This document shows positions 1 to 15,414 of a stretch of 64,000 bases of DNA, in pieces. The stretch covers positions 109,058,001 to 109,122,000 of the forward strand of contig OZ024741.1 in NCBI GenBank assembly GCA_964016885.1, read 5' to 3'. The position numbers were made by a program, and so were the translations under genes. Position 1 is the first letter of the stretch, and each line of letters begins with the position of its first letter. The notes below the pieces were generated by a model. The model was given only the letters and a program-made list of their open reading frames with translations. It made no database searches and had not been told where the DNA came from. The DNA comes from Eledone cirrhosa (Eukaryota).

Positions 1-780
1 GGCAGTGCTACCGGGGAGCGCTGCCGGTTCGAGATAAGCTCTACAGGCACGGAAGTGCCGTCAGCCGAGCCTGTCCGAGATGCGTGCATAGCGACGAAAC
101 CGTTGTGCACGCCGCACTCGTTCAGTGCCCGAGCATTGCTGACTTGTGGATCTATGTCGAACAGTTGCTGTCACGTGTGGGACTGATCCGGTTGTCGACT
201 GAGTCCATTGTGCAGATGGTCTCTCCGTCTTCCTTTGAGGAGAAAGGGCAGGCGGTTTTCATCTGCCTGGTGGCCATGACGAAAGAGATTGTGTGGTGGA
301 CAAGGTTAAAAGGATTAAAGACAAACACTTTCCTCTTCGGCGAATCCCTGATTAACTTTTTCAAGTTTCACTTGAAGAGGAAAATCAGGGTGGAGAGGCA
401 AGTGCTGCTTTCTAGCAAGTTTGTTGAAAGGTGGGTGAATGTAGCGAGAATGGTCCGAGTGAACGGGACCATACTGAATATACGTCTGTGGTTTGAGAGA
501 TGGAAAAATTGAGAGAGGGCGCTGGCCCTGGTAGTCAGGGTGGCCGTGGTCTTTTGTGTGGTTTACGCCACGAGTAACCCTCGGAGGTTTCCCCCCTATT
601 GGGGAATTTTTCATTGTTTCAATTTTCATTGTATTGTTTATATATATATATATGTTTTATGTCTTTTTTCTTTTCTTATATAAATAATAAAAATATTTAC
701 ACGCACAAAACCCACATCGTACTGTCCTGTTCCGGTTGTGATGTTTTTCTTGATGTCAGCCCTTGTGGCCAATAAAGAAA
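1..780 (+). mobile_element. 3' end of a Tx1/L1-like non-LTR retrotransposon (C-terminal zinc-binding region plus 3' UTR)
   Basis: ORF 84-512 contains 'ETVVHALVQC...LW' (ET..H....C...W pattern of the post-RT zinc-binding domain) and ends in W-rich 'FVERW'. An AATAAA lies at ~771 before the (ATT)n tract. Confidence 0.6.
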
Positions 781-819
<39 letters not shown>

Positions 820-820
<1 letters not shown>

Positions 821-3800
821 AGTTGCATTTATCTTGCTTTATGTTCATACGAGTTATCACCAAGTCACAACCAGTGACCTCAAGAGACAACAAGGTCCGC
901 CATGTTCAAGGAAGAACATACATACTCACACATGCATCTTTAGTGTTTAGACTTGTGATGTACTTATATTGACAGAATCTTCCTTATTATATGGGCAGTT
1001 CCCATTAGTACTATCTTTTGTATTTCTCCTATACGCGGGTTTCCTGGGATTTGCGATAAGTAATCATTAGACCCCTTAGGTATCATTCCCAGAGCGCCTA
1101 CAACCACTGGTATTGTTTTAGTTCTCAATTTCCACATTTTTTCAATTTCTATCTCCAGGTCCTTATACTTGCTCAATTTTTCAAATGTTTTTATAGATAC
1201 ATTCTTGTCTATTGGAACAGACATATCAATTAACAGGCATACCCTCTTTTGAAAGTCTTTCAATATTATATCAGGTCTGTTTGCATCTATTTTTCGGTCT
1301 GTTTGGATGCTAAAGTTCCACAAGATTGAGATGTGATCTTTTTCAAGTATGGGAGGTGGTTGATGCTCCCACCATTCTTTTGATGGGGCAGGTCAAAATG
1401 CTTACACATTATCCAATGTATGTATTGTGCAGCTCTGTCATGCCTGTTTAGGTATTCGGTTGGAGCTATAGGACTGCACATTGAAATTATATGGTCAATG
1501 GTCTCTGGTTGTTTTTTGCATACACGGCATAATGGGCTGCACCCATTTTTTATTATGTTGGCTTGGTAATTTTTTGTTGGCAGACACTGATCTTGTGCCG
1601 ATATAATCAGTCCTTCAGTCTCCGATTTCAGTCCAGAGGATGCCAACCACTGATGGGTTAAAGTTTGTCAACATCAGGATTGTTAGCTCGCTCTGGGTAT
1701 TTTCCATACAGAGGCTTTTCTTGCCATTTCTTAGCCAGTTTCTGTAGCAGTTCTTTCTTTGCAGTTACTTTTACCTGCTTTGCTTTTTCTGTGTTTTCCA
1801 TTTCAGCAGTAAATGGGACTTCTGAAATTTGTAGTCCATTACTGTATCTTTGTGCATCTTTTGTAATGGAATATGATCTTTTGATGCTTTCGTGTTTCAA
1901 AACGGGTTTGATCATCCAATCATGTGATTCCCTTAGATATGTAGATAATCCAATTGTTGCAGTTTTCAACGCAATGTCTAACTGGATTAACCCACGTCCT
2001 ACTTCTTTCCTAGGGAGATATATTCTATCTATATCTGCCTTAGGGTGATGCATTCTGTGCATGGTTAAGAATTTTCGAATTTTTGTATCGAGCCTACGGA
2101 TCTCTGTGCTTGACCAGTTGATGATATTGTAACTCTAGGTTACTACTGGTATGGCAAGCGTGTTTATGGCATCGATCCTATTCCTTGCATTCAATTCCGT
2201 TCTTAAGATTGCTCTAACATTCCTTCCTTATCCTTTCCCTCATTGTCGAGTGCTTGATCCCGTCTGCTTCACAAACACCTAGATATTTGTAAGTTTTTCT
2301 TGATCAAGTTCTCTTATCACGTTCCCCCGATCAAGATTAATGCCTGAACTCTTCAGCAGCTTTCCTCTGATGAACGTTGCTTTGGCGCATTTATCTAGTC
2401 CAAACTCCATTTTGATGTCATCACTGAACTGCTTCACAGTGGATAATAGCCCTTGCAATTGTTCATCATTTTTTGCAAATAGTTTCAGGTCATCCATGTA
2501 GAACAGGTGATTAATGGTTTTGTCATAGACTTTATATCCATGTTTTGTTTCATTGAGCATTTTACTTAATGGTATAAGTGCGATGCAGAATAAAAGCGGT
2601 GATAAAGAGTCACCCTGAAAAATTCCACAATTAATATTAACTTCTCCAGCTTCCAGTGATTTTGTTTCACTATTCAAAAGGAGTGTCGTTTTCCATGTCT
2701 TCATACTGAATGACAAAAACCTCCTGACAACGGGGGATATTTTGAAAATCTCTAAACATTTTTCAATCCAACTGTGTGGCAAACTATCGAATGCTTTTTT
2801 ATAATCTATCCAAGCAATCGATAGATTTTTGTGTCTATTATGACAATCTTCCAGTATCATTTTGTTAACCAGAAGCTGATCCTTACAGCCATATGAGCCT
2901 CGTTTACACCCTTTCTGCTCAATGGGAAATAGGTCATTTGTTATCAGGTGGTCATATGTGTATTCAGTTAGGACTGATGTTAAAATTTTATACATTGTGG
3001 TCAAGCAAGTTATCGGTCTGTAATTTTGGGGATTGTTTGTCTCATCATTCTTCGGAAGCAGGAATGTAATGCCGTTAACTAGCCATGAAGGTATCTTTTC
3101 TGGCTCCTTAACTATTTCATTGTGAAGTTGGGCTAACAGCTCATGAGACTCTGTGAAGGCATTTATCCAAAAGTTTTGTATTTTGTCTTTTCCTGGGGAT
3201 TTCCATTTGCTGGTTTTTCTTAGAGCCAAGCGCAACTGTTCAACTGTTATATTTTCCCATGTTTGTTCCTCAAGGTGAGCTGTATCTTTCATTTGTCTGT
3301 CTATCCATGGGGCATGTATGTTATGAACTTTTTCTTCGGCCTAGATCTTTTCCCAGAATTCTTGCACTTCCCCCTTGGGTGGTATTGATTTAGCAGTTAT
3401 TGTTGACTTACTAATTTTTCTGTAGAAGTTTCTTTGGTTGTTTTTGAACATATTATTGTCCTTATAGAATCTAGATCGTTTTTCAAAGCGCCTTATACGA
3501 GCAGCTTTGGCCGACACTTTTTGCTTGATTATTTCTATCAGCATGTCTATGTCACATGTTGATTTTATACTGTACTTTTTTTTCAATTTTCTAAGTTTAG
3601 TTTGTTTAACATGTTCACCTACTTTATAGTTTGTTAAAATTTCTATGTCAGATCGGAGAAGGTTTATTTGGCGATTGATGTTCTCTTGCCAAGTAGATTT
3701 CTTGTGGGAATTCCTTTGTTTTTTCATCTTCACTCCACATAAGTGAGTGGTGACTTTAGCCGATGCATAATAGAGATGCTTTAAATCAGTAATGTTTAGT

Positions 3801-4790
3801 TTGTTTGTGATGATAATGTTTTTGAGAATTATGTTAGTCTTGTGTATTATCTTTTGGTTCTGTTTGGAGTTCTGGATTTTAGGGAGGGTGTCTCGTTGCC
3901 CCATGTCAGATTCTTTCATTTTCATCCATTCGATCATAATTTCGTCCTTCAAGTTGGCAAATGCATTCTCATTCATTTCTTTATCATTTACGATCTCATT
4001 ATTTTCATTTGGAGTTTCATCCTGAGCATGCACTCCCTCCACTTTTTCGATCCTTTCTTTAATTTGTTCTGTTGCCAGTGATTCCGCCCCAACCCTGGGA
4101 TTCGAAGTGTTACAGTTTACCTCGTTTTCACTGACACATGTTTCATTTTCCCTTCGCTGACTTTGTGCTAATAGCTTGATCTGATCAATTTCTATATCAG
4201 TTAGTAACTTTTTTCTTACAATATTTCTTCGTATATTGGCTAGTTTGTTACTGTCAATATAGCCTCTGTTTTCGGGATGTTTCTTTTTCCAGTTGATATA
4301 TGTTTGTTCTGTACTCGATGTATTTGATGGGTAGTACTTGGCAGTGTAGAAAGCCTCAGGGACTTCTTTATTATCTTCCCTTGACCATTTTTCTCTCTTT
4401 TTCTTTGGATTTCTTGGTGGTGAGCATGGAGGGCCAACAGTAGGAGTATTCCGGTTATGGGAGGTCTCCAGCTCCGAAGTGATGGGAAGGTTTGAACCAT
4501 TAGCTGATTTTTCGACCCCAGTCTGGTTCCTCTCTGAGGGACGCGGCCCTTTTTTACCCGGGTGACGGCCGATCCGTTATGAGATTTTATCATTAGACAT
4601 TTACTTTATTTTGTCGCGTTTTATCCTTATCCGCCAAGAGGTAATCATTTCGTGTTACCACTTCTAGAACTAGTGTCAACCAAGACTAGAGGGGTCGTTC
4701 TCCCCTAGAGACACGGCTATTCCCCGCCGGCCGCCATCCCGGTATTTCTTGGTCACGGGGTTTTCTTTTTGTTGTTTTTTTTTAAATTGT
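820..4790 (-). mobile_element. Degraded near full-length R4/Dong-clade non-LTR retrotransposon (RT + CCHC + restriction-like endonuclease)
   Basis: Frameshifted ORFs 964-4593: 'KSPGKDKI', 'NYRPITCL', 'EQKG', 'WIDYKKAFDS', 'GIFQGDSLSPLLF', 'YMDD'; 'CRVC...ETIDHIISMC' zinc knuckle; 'RPDI...LID' and 'K..KY..L' RLE motifs. The 3' end runs into (TAA)n at 782-820, the known Dong/R4 microsatellite target. Confidence 0.9.
2279..3292 (-). pseudogene. Reverse transcriptase domain of the R4/Dong element
   Basis: 337-aa ORF with RT motifs QGDSLSP and YMDD; flanked by frameshifts and stops. Confidence 0.9.
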
Positions 4791-5978
4791 TATTATCATG
4801 AGTGGTTCCTTAATGTGAGCATTGCGTGGCTTAAGAATGAAATTATTAATAATTGTCTCCACTCCAGGCACAAGGCCAGCAATCACCCAGTGCATTACAA
4901 TAATATAATATACTTTTTGTTGTAGTTGGCTGTTATTGTTGGCTATGTCGGTGGTGGTGCCGGGGCTTTTTATATTGTTGGTGAGGAAGGGGTGAGCCAG
5001 CAGTCCCATAGTTGTTGATGTTGACGGTGGCCAGGTCACTAAGTCAATCTATTTATATCTTTTGCTAGCCTCTCCCTTGTCTAGTGATACCGCCACCTTC
5101 CCCTTTCTCTCTCAAATTAACAGGGGAATGGTGGCGGTAGCATTGAAGGAGTGGTGGCGGCGACGATGGGATAGTGGTAGCAATGATGGATGGGGTGGGG
5201 TGGTGGCAGCGGTGGCGTTGTGGTTACTGATATGTAGTATCTATGAGTTTGTGTTCGTATGTTTAATATATATTTTTATTATATTTTGTGTTGACATATT
5301 CCCGTAAAATTGGAATTAAACATTTTTTTTTAATTTGAGACAATAATAATAGTAATTCTATAATAGTAATTCTATAATGTGGTGGCAGCAGCCAGCGGGG
5401 AGATGTGGGAGACAGTAGCGGCGGTATCGATACTGAGACAGTGGTGGTGGTGATGTCGATACCGAGGCAGTGGTGGTGGTGATGTGATCGTATTACTGTA
5501 GTGATGGTGTTGTAGCAGTGGTAGCAATGAAGGAGTGGTGGCAGCGGTGATGGGATAGTGGTGGTAATGATGGCAGTAGTGAGTGGTGGTGGTGAAATTG
5601 CCGTTATCTGGCTGTTGTGTTTAGTGTACACAGAGAGGTGATGGGGTAGGTGGTGTATCTAGTTTCTGGTGTTGGTGAGATTGGTGTTGTTTGGCTGTTC
5701 TATATAGTGTAGACAGAGGGGGGGGGGTGTTCTTCTTCCATTTATAGCCATTTTCTTTTTTGAATATACAATGTACAATACAAAGTTGAATATTTGAATA
5801 TTTGAGCCTTATAACAATATATTTTGGGTCCGAATTTTTTGGGTCTCAAGCCGGATGCTTTACGTAGCATTTGTACTAAGAGTTGTTATTTCACAAATGA
5901 TTTAAATATGTTAAAAATTCAAAACTTACGGGAGCGATTTCATGACCTTCCGCCACCTCGTGCGTCTTCTTCCCTTAT

Positions 5979-6048
<70 letters not shown>

Positions 6049-6052
6049 CATT
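5979..6052. repeat. (ATT)n microsatellite
   Basis: Seen directly in the sequence. Confidence 0.95.
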
Positions 6053-6219
6053 ATCTGTACAAATATGCAACTTAACAATATTCTGCATATCCGCAATTGA
6101 CAATGCATATAATGCTGAAACCGGTATTGTAAATAAATTAATGTTTTGATATCTCACTGGAAAAATCTCTTCAACATTTTCTACTGAAAGAATCTTTTTC
6201 CTTTCTACTATTTGTTTTC

Positions 6220-6271
<52 letters not shown>

Positions 6272-6636
6272 CAAAATAGCTGAATACACAAGGCTTTATT
6301 AATAAAACCGTTTTTCCGTTTCTTTCTCTTTTATTTCTCAATCATTCTATCTCGTCTTTCATGTCTCACTCTATCTTCTCGTTAAGGACTAGTGATTGAA
6401 ACGCAAATAATTTTGCCGTTAGTGGTTCCACCACCATGTCGTCGTACCCGAAGGCAGCAGTTTCTCTGATGACCATAATACGACATGAAATATAAAGCAA
6501 CGATCTTATTCCCTACCATGTCCTTTTTTCTATACAATCCCTCTCGACTGCTACTATATGTGATGTATGTATGTGTAGAAGTTCATATACATATTTGTAC
6601 AACTCCGTACGTTTATCAGTTCACAGTATACATCTA

Positions 6637-6742
<106 letters not shown>

Positions 6743-7602
6743 AGTGTGTGTGTATGCATATGCATGCATATATATATATGTGTATGAAAGTATAAAGAAA
6801 TATATAAACATATATCGATATATATATATATGTTTATGTGTGAGTGTCTGTTTGTGTGTGTGTGTATGAATGTATGTGTGTATGTCTACATATGTCTGTA
6901 TATAGACACACACGTGTATAGATGTTTTCGTCTAACATGTGGTGTTTATGCATATTTCAGAAGCTGGTGCGTGTGTGATGTGTTGACTGGAAGCAGTTTG
7001 AATGAGACAATGAAAGTTTGGATATTAAAGACAGAGTTAAGAGTAAAAATAAAAAAACTGGAGAGACAGTATCATATTGAATTTTCCAAACAATTTATAA
7101 AATCTCGTTATAAACACACCAGCCACATTACCTTTGTCATCAAAGTCGGCTCTCATACTAACGATGTCTTTCTATTGATTCTCTTTTTTTCAGCTGTGGG
7201 TAAATGCTAACTACAGCTGTCTATGTCTATCTGTAAAGGTATTCTTCTTTAAATACATGAACGTTTGTCGTGGTGTTTTCTTTTCTTCATGTTATCTTTC
7301 ATTAGAAAAGCTGATTTGAAGGAAAAAACCAGAAGAAGAGGATATGTGAAAACTGAGATTATTCTATATTGTTAGACATTTTTATATTGAGAAGTGTACT
7401 GTAGTATCCGTGGAAAGAAAAAAAACATAGAATGGGAATAATGCAAATTGATATTTGAGTAGATATAAACTCTTGGATTACCTGTCTTGGGCGGTTTACT
7501 GGACGGGATATTTACGTTAATTAATTCAGCATTTTGCGTTCGGAGTTCAATTACAATGCCTCTGGTGCTAAGTTATATCAGGCCTTACGTTTAATTTGGT
7601 CA

Positions 7603-8142
7603 AAATGTTCGGTGAATCCATACATACATATATATATGTGTGCATGTATGTATATATGTATATACATACTACTGTACGTCGGTATACATATATGTATGTA
7701 CGTGTACATACTTATATTTAAGTAACAGCCGTACTAAGAGTGGGAAATGAAATATCGTTTCATTTTTTCCGTTTATCGTTTTCGGTGCACCCGGCCGATT
7801 AACCCACTCGATATGCAAATTGGGCTACTCAGCCGTTAATATGCATAAGGAAAGTATATACTTTCAGACGTTCAATCATCTGGCAGGAAGGTATACGTTG
7901 CTGACGATAGCTAATAAGCTTGAAACTAGTACAGCGTTCTTTGTCAGTGTTGAACAAACGAGCAACGATGGTTGCTAGACACTAAGGCTTAATACGGGAT
8001 GTTTGTTTACAAACACACCGAGCATTATAATAAATGTTCGGTGAATCCATATGTACATATATATATGTGTGCATGTATGTATATATATATACATACTACT
8101 GTACGTCTGTATACATATATGTATGTACGTATACATACTTAT
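7603..8142 (+). mobile_element. HHR-containing non-coding element, family A (429-nt unit, ~1.25 monomers)
   Basis: 'aaatgttcggtgaatcca' recurs 429 nt apart (~7603 and ~8032). Homologous to 9633-10250 and 55911-56410. Ends in (TA)n. Confidence 0.85.
7895..7937 (+). ncRNA. Type I hammerhead ribozyme (family A)
   Basis: acgttg-CTGACGA-tagctaataagctt-GAAA-ctag-TA-cagcgt: 6-bp stem I, stem II agct/agct, palindromic stem III, GUA cleavage triplet. Confidence 0.8.
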
Positions 8143-8143
8143 A

Positions 8144-8174
<31 letters not shown>

Positions 8175-8238
8175 TACCCTAAGTATTGAGTACTTTGGTG
8201 CGTTAGGGTCCACATGGTTCCTTACATCATTTCCTTAG

Positions 8239-9101
<863 letters not shown>

Positions 9102-9582
9102 TATACATCTAGATAAGTATACATCTATAAGTCATACATCTATAAGTATACATCTAGATAATTAAGCCGTGATTGAGACATGGAATATCACACGCTAACT
9201 GATATATGACGTTTTCTGTGTGACAAGGTGAAGGACAGAGTTCATGTTCGGGGATTGTAAAGCTATGCTTGATACTTCGATTAACATAAGTGAATATTCC
9301 GGTTTTTTCCTAAAGTACAAAATGATACACAAGTTATTAATTTCTCGTTTATTTGTGGCACATTATGTGAATCTTGATGTTCAGCCAACTGTTATTTATT
9401 TATTTCGTATTTGGTTCCAGCTATGTAGTCAAGTTGTTCGATAGTCTGAATGTACGGCTGAGTGCTTAATTCACCAAGAAACACAGACATTAATATATCT
9501 CATATCGTAGGGCTTTTTCTTTATTTATATTTGTTTATCAAATTGAATGGCGACAAGTGTACGAAAATAAGGTGCCATGTAA

Positions 9583-9632
<50 letters not shown>

Positions 9633-9637
<5 letters not shown>

Positions 9638-10250
9638 TATGTATACGTACATACATATATGTATACAGACGTCAGAAGTATGTATATACATACATACATG
9701 CCCACATATATATATATATATATATGTACGTATGGGTTTACCGAACATTTATTAAAATGGTCGGTTTTTTTACAAACAAACAGCCCGAATTATTAGCCGT
9801 ACAGTGTTCGGCAACCATCGTTGCCATTTTGTTCAACACTGACAAAGGAACGATGAACTAGTTTCTAGCTTATTAGCTGTCATCAGCACCGTATAACTTC
9901 CTGTCAGTTGATTGAACGTTTGAAAGTATATACTTTCCTTATGCATATTAACGGCTGAGCAGCCTAATTTGCATATCGAGTGAGTTGGTCGGCCGGGCTT
10001 ACCGAAAACGATAAATGGAAAAAATGAAATTTCATTTCTCACTCTTAGTACGGCTGTTACTTAAATATAAGTGTGTATACGTACATACATATATGTATAC
10101 AGACGTACAGTAGTATGTATATACATACATGCACATATATATATATATATATATGTACGTATGGGTTTACCGAACATTTATTAAAATGCTCGGTTTTTTT
10201 ACAAACAAACAGCCCGAATTATTAGCCGTACAGTGTTCGGCAACCATCTT
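9633..10250 (-). mobile_element. Family A element (~1.4 monomers)
   Basis: 'ccgaacattt' at 9741 and 10170 (period 429); reverse complement of the 7603 copy. Confidence 0.85.
9850..9892 (-). ncRNA. Type I hammerhead ribozyme (family A)
   Basis: acggtg-CTGATGA-cagctaataagcta-GAAA-ctag-TT-catcgt. Confidence 0.8.
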
Positions 10251-11527
10251 GGTTCAATTATTTACTGCTGTAAGACTAATATTAAGAGGTAGTGGAAGAG
10301 CTAGTGTTTAATGTCATCCAGTGAAACAATATCATTGCTCAGATGTGTGATTATATTCGTTAACTGGTCAGTGTGTCATGAATGCAACGATGAATACTAA
10401 CAAGAATTTAGGTTTACGCTCTAACATAGCGGATCCGTAAATGCATTCGTGAGTTTTGTAACGAATAATAATAATATTCGATTCGTTTGCAAGTAAACAG
10501 CCTCATTGCGCTGTTTTTAGATGACCATCACCATCTTCTTGTTCTAGCAGTGACAGAGAGAAAAAATCATAAATACTTATATTAATTATCTATTCGAACA
10601 TTCATTTTGTTTTTTTGTAAACCAAGACCGGTGGATGAAAGCATGGCATCCTCAATCTAGAAACCCCCAAATAAAACCAGGCGAGATATTAAATTTATTA
10701 CCCAAGTAAAACGCATGAATTTAAACTGGAAATGCAAATAGATGGAACAAATAGTATAAGGTCTTTCCCTAACCTTTTTAACAATTCCGCTAGTCTGAAA
10801 CTTTATTTTATCCACCACCGGAAGGATGAAAATGAAAATTGACACCGACGTTATTTGACCATATAGCCAGAACAATATATTCTGCTCTCTAACAATTCTG
10901 CCAATTCAGTATGTTTAATGTTTAAAGAACCATAATACGCAAAAGCATTCATATTACACTTCTTTTCGATCTTTAAAGTTCGCAAAACAAGGTAAGAGAC
11001 TATGCAGTGATATGATATTAGTACTGCCGTTTTGGGTGAGATATATTAGAGAGATAGGAACCTACTGAAAGTATGTTATTCAATACAATTTAAAAAATGT
11101 TAGCAACTATTTGGAATATTTTTCCATCAACACAGGCAATTATTGGGTTTTTACAGACACTAATTCATGAGAACCGATCCCTATAAATGTCTACCATTGT
11201 ACTAATGTTCGAAATTATTTTTTTTATTTTATTTTTTTATTGATTTTGGTTTTTATATATCAATTGTAGGTTCTGCGCGGTGTGGTTCGGTATAAATCGG
11301 ATAGAGCGCAACGTGGTATGAGATGCGCAATTAATTTTAAGAAAAAACATTTGTATGCAGCCATACACATGTATCTCTTGAAAATATATGAAAATATATA
11401 TTTATATATATATATATATATTAGAATGATCGAGTATCGAAAAATCGGCGCATATACATATATATGTGCGTGTGTGTGGCGTGTATGTGTGTGCGTGCGT
11501 GTGTGTGTGTGTTTGGGCATATATCTT

Positions 11528-11635
<108 letters not shown>

Positions 11636-13039
11636 ATTATATGTAAATAAGACCGTCAATTGCTCAAACCTGAAAATAAATGCAACTAAAATTATCCAAA
11701 ACACGATTAAACACAGTAGTAACGTAAACGAAATAAAATAAAACCGTCAAATACCTGAAGCTGAATGTAAATACATCTTGAAGATACCCGAAGTTAACCA
11801 CGAAATAAAACTATATGTAAGTATCGCATCGAATTGATTATCCAAGGGATTTATTTCGGAAAATGCGTCCTATACACCGGACTATATGGTATTTTATACA
11901 AAAAGAGTATCAAAGAAAATGAGTCCTAATTTGGCGTGAGCGTCATTAAGTATATGTGTGATCAAACATAATTATAATGGAAAGTGTTCCCACCGTGACC
12001 TTCCCCATAATTTGTAAAGATATAAGGTTTGGAGTATAGCAGTATATGATGGTTGTTTAATCTCGTTTTGTTGGGGGGGGGGGGTATGACACCATTTGAT
12101 ATGGCTGCTATTTCTAATATGCCGAGTAGCAAAAATATGACTTATTTAGCCAAAATATAATTAGTTAAGTGTGGGGGGAAATTGGAGGAAGAATCCAGAG
12201 ATAAGCTCTCAGATTTAAACCACCCACTATCTTAGGCAGATCTGTCAACATTTATGACAGCAGACGCTGGACAATGTTAGACAAAATCTATGCTGACTTC
12301 AAACGGGCCATATATCATTGAACTGTATTTTATCACGGACAAGTCGTAGAGAATCACCTCTGTGCTCTTGTGGATGCTGCCCAGAAACGCTTTGGCACTG
12401 TTTGTTCCAATTCAGAAACTACCAGTCAGAGTGGAAGGACATCTTAAGGCTGGTCTTTAAGAAGCTACCAAAACTGGAAATATTATATATTGTCAAAGAT
12501 CAACCAACTTAAACAAGATTTTTCTGAAGATGAAGGCTACGAAAAGATTCAAGAGGAGAAGTGTTTTCCTGTTTTATCGCTGCCATTGTTTTTCACATTT
12601 AAAAAATTCCATTTATGCTTATTTTGCCACTCGTAGACATTATTTTTTCCTCTGTCTGTCTTCTTTCTGTTTCTTAACTGTAAAGTGTACGAGATAGCCC
12701 GCCTTGTCTATCATGACTTATTATATCTATATAGATGTTTAAATTAAATAAATAGATGTGTTTATTTTGTAGATTAATTCTCCTATAATATATATGGAAT
12801 AGTTCTTGTTAAACGTTCCCTTCATTGTATACTTTATCCATTTTGTATCATGTTATAAAGGCTTTATTTCATTTCAGTGCGTGTTTTCATTTACAGGCGA
12901 AAATGTGAAGGAAAATTTGATGGTAGTTTGATGGATGGAAATTTGAAGCCATCGAGCAGATTTACAACATTGAGCGAGTCTGCAAGTGAATAACAATGTC
13001 ATTGACATTAACAGCAGCAAACTGGGCATATCTTTCTGA

Positions 13040-13340
13040 TATCTCACTCTGCTTAAAATAGAAACAAACTCACTCTCATATCGCACTTCAGTTTTCTAAA
13101 CATACGAAGGACATTGCATAAATTTAATCTTAGACATTCTATGTCGTGCTCCTTCGCTTGTGTATCTCATTGAAAGGATAGCGATGGTTAGACCATCTAT
13201 CATTGAATATAATCAGGGTTGCTCCTATGAATCTATATAATTCATTCTTAGTAATAGCCCTACCCTCATATACTATATGTTTGTAGGCAATTGTTTCCAA
13301 GAAGGCAAACCTTAGGTATTTTTTCAGTTGCATTTCCTGT
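13040..13340 (-). pseudogene. Decayed GIY-YIG endonuclease of a Naiad-like Penelope element
   Basis: 'HIVYEGR...RFIGAT...FNDRWSNHRYPF...KRRSTT' parallels 'NIV..C...LYIGAT...FKDRWYNHRHSF...KRKSTA' in the element at ~63690-63830. Confidence 0.6.
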
Positions 13341-13460
13341 TTACGGATAGTGTCGTATTCAGATTTATATTTGTGGTATAATTATCTCTATGCTCATAGT
13401 GTACAATTCATTCTAATTGAGAGAAGGTGCGTGGTATGTGTTATTATTTGAAGGTATATA

Positions 13461-13680
13461 AGGGCAGTGGAGTGGCAGAGACGATAGAGCTTCGGACTAA
13501 TTCTTAAGTGTATTTGTCCTTGGTCTTTATGTTCTGAGTTCAAATAACACCGAGATCAACTTTGCGTTTCATCCTTCTGATATCCATGAAATAAAGTACC
13601 TCTCAAGTACTAGAGACGATATAAACAACTTTTCCTACTCCTAAAGTATCTGGACTTGTGGCAACATTAGAAAGAATTAG
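13461..13680 (+). mobile_element. tRNA-derived SINE (major family)
   Basis: A-box-like 'tggcagag', B-box 'gagttcaaat', core 'aactttgcgtttcatcc...ataaagtacc', tail 'ttgtggcaacattagaa'. Confidence 0.7.
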
Positions 13681-15201
13681 TAGAGAGCATATTATTCCTG
13701 TTATTGAGTTATTCAATATGTTCAAACTATCGAATATATTCCCCGTTCCATTAGGTTGTATTCTTAATCTACCGTAATGGAGTTTAGCAATGTTCCGGGC
13801 GATGTTCTTTGTTGTGGAGGACTATACTGTAACTGTATATTAAAGATTCTATTATATTTATGTGATTACAGAATATATCTATCTATTGCCTTAAAATTGG
13901 CTTTGCTATGTTTGTTTCTAGTCCGAATGAAAATGATGAATTATTTCACAAAATATTAGGTAATCACTGTTTATTTGTGCGTTTGTTGTGTCGCTGTTTG
14001 CATGGATAAGTTACAGAGAATTGCATTAGGCTGTTGATATATATTATTAGGCTCTGTATTCCTATTTTACTGCGAAACAGTTTTAGTCGGGGTAATGTGA
14101 TTATAGTACATCTTCCATTCATTGTTTGCGATTCACGTTATAATTTTTCAGCTGTTTTCATTTAAGTTCGGCCTTACTGCCGCCGCTTGAATTACTAGTA
14201 TTGCTAAGTATTTGCAATTAGATTTACTAATTTCATAAGTAATTATGTTTTTGGTGTTTACATGGCTCTTCCTTCGTTATGTGACTCGGTATTTGTTAAT
14301 TTGTATTGCCCTTTAATTTTGATTTTTATTAAAAGTTGGTTTCCAATTTTTATTCTCCTAACAATAGTTCCTAGTTCTGTTTACATAATTTAGTGCCGAT
14401 TTCATATATCACTGTCACTTATAATTAATATCTGCTTGGCAATTACTCTTGTACTTACAGCTGTCACTTTTCCTTGTAGTTGTTGATCGGCAGAATTGGT
14501 AGAGCGTCGGAAAAATTCTGGTGTTTATAAAAAAAGTACTGGTCAAATATTAGTATCAATATAATCGTTTTTCCCCTTTCTGAAAATTACTAGCCATTAT
14601 CATTAAGGGGGTGTGCTATGTGTCACATGTTTACTCGTATAGAGTGATCCTTGATAGATATAACTCATATAGTTCCGACTGACCTAAAGGAATGGGAGTG
14701 TGGGAGAGAAACAGACAGAGGTAGAAAGAGATAAACTACTACAGATAGACAGTCAGATCGATGCATTTGAAACTAAAACGAAAGATCTGTTTTCTGCTGC
14801 TTCATACCCTTGTAGAAAGATAAAAATTAAAAGCCTAACGTCTTCCACAATAATTTAGAATTAGTAAATGATAAACAATAATTGTAATAATTAAATATAA
14901 AAAAAAATAAAAAGCAAGAATAAAAAATTACGAAGATTTACTTTGTCTTCATAGCAAATTTCCTGCAACTGTTAATTAAATTTACTCAAGAAATTGAAAA
15001 AGATAACTGCGAATTAATCATGATAATCTTCATCGAATGGAGGAGAAACAAATAAGAGAAAAACAATATCAAATTAAATACAAATTTATCATCTCCGCAG
15101 CTTTTATTGCCAAAATGAAAATCTAAATTATTTTTTAATGAAGACGGCAAATACTATTAATGTTATTCATCAGACTTCATTTGATTATTAGCTGCAAAAG
15201 G

Positions 15202-15414
15202 GGTGGTGGGATGGCGGTATCGATAGAACGCCTGACAGAAAACTTTATAGGATATATTTCCTGTCAGCTCTTTACGTTCTGAGTTCAAATCCTATCGAGA
15301 TCAACTTTGCCTTTCATCCTTTCGGGATCAATAAAATGAAGTTGTAGTAAAGTACTGGGGTTCATATAATCAACTTTCCCCCTTCCCATAAATTGCTGGC
15401 CTTGTGTAGATATC
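15202..15414 (+). mobile_element. tRNA-derived SINE with 19-bp target-site duplication
   Basis: B-box 'gagttcaaatcc' and core 'ctttgcctttcatcctttcggg'. TSD attattagctgcaaaaggg at 15184 and 15415. Confidence 0.85.

Noticed and set aside
5062-5700. ORFs in GGT-rich region
   Set aside because: Degenerate (GGT/AGT)n low-complexity sequence.
6060-6135. Possible HHR ('gaaaccggtattg' 3' half); similar halves near 46490 and 50238
   Set aside because: No intact CTGANGA core at a compatible position; too degenerate to call.
11860-11892. Tc1/pogo-like terminal inverted repeat ('tgcgtcctatacaccggactatatggta')
   Set aside because: Only one end seen; no partner TIR or transposase found.
12318-12512. 'CSCGCCPETLWHCLF' zinc-knuckle-like ORF
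   Set aside because: Probably a small old LINE remnant, but too short to assign to a clade.
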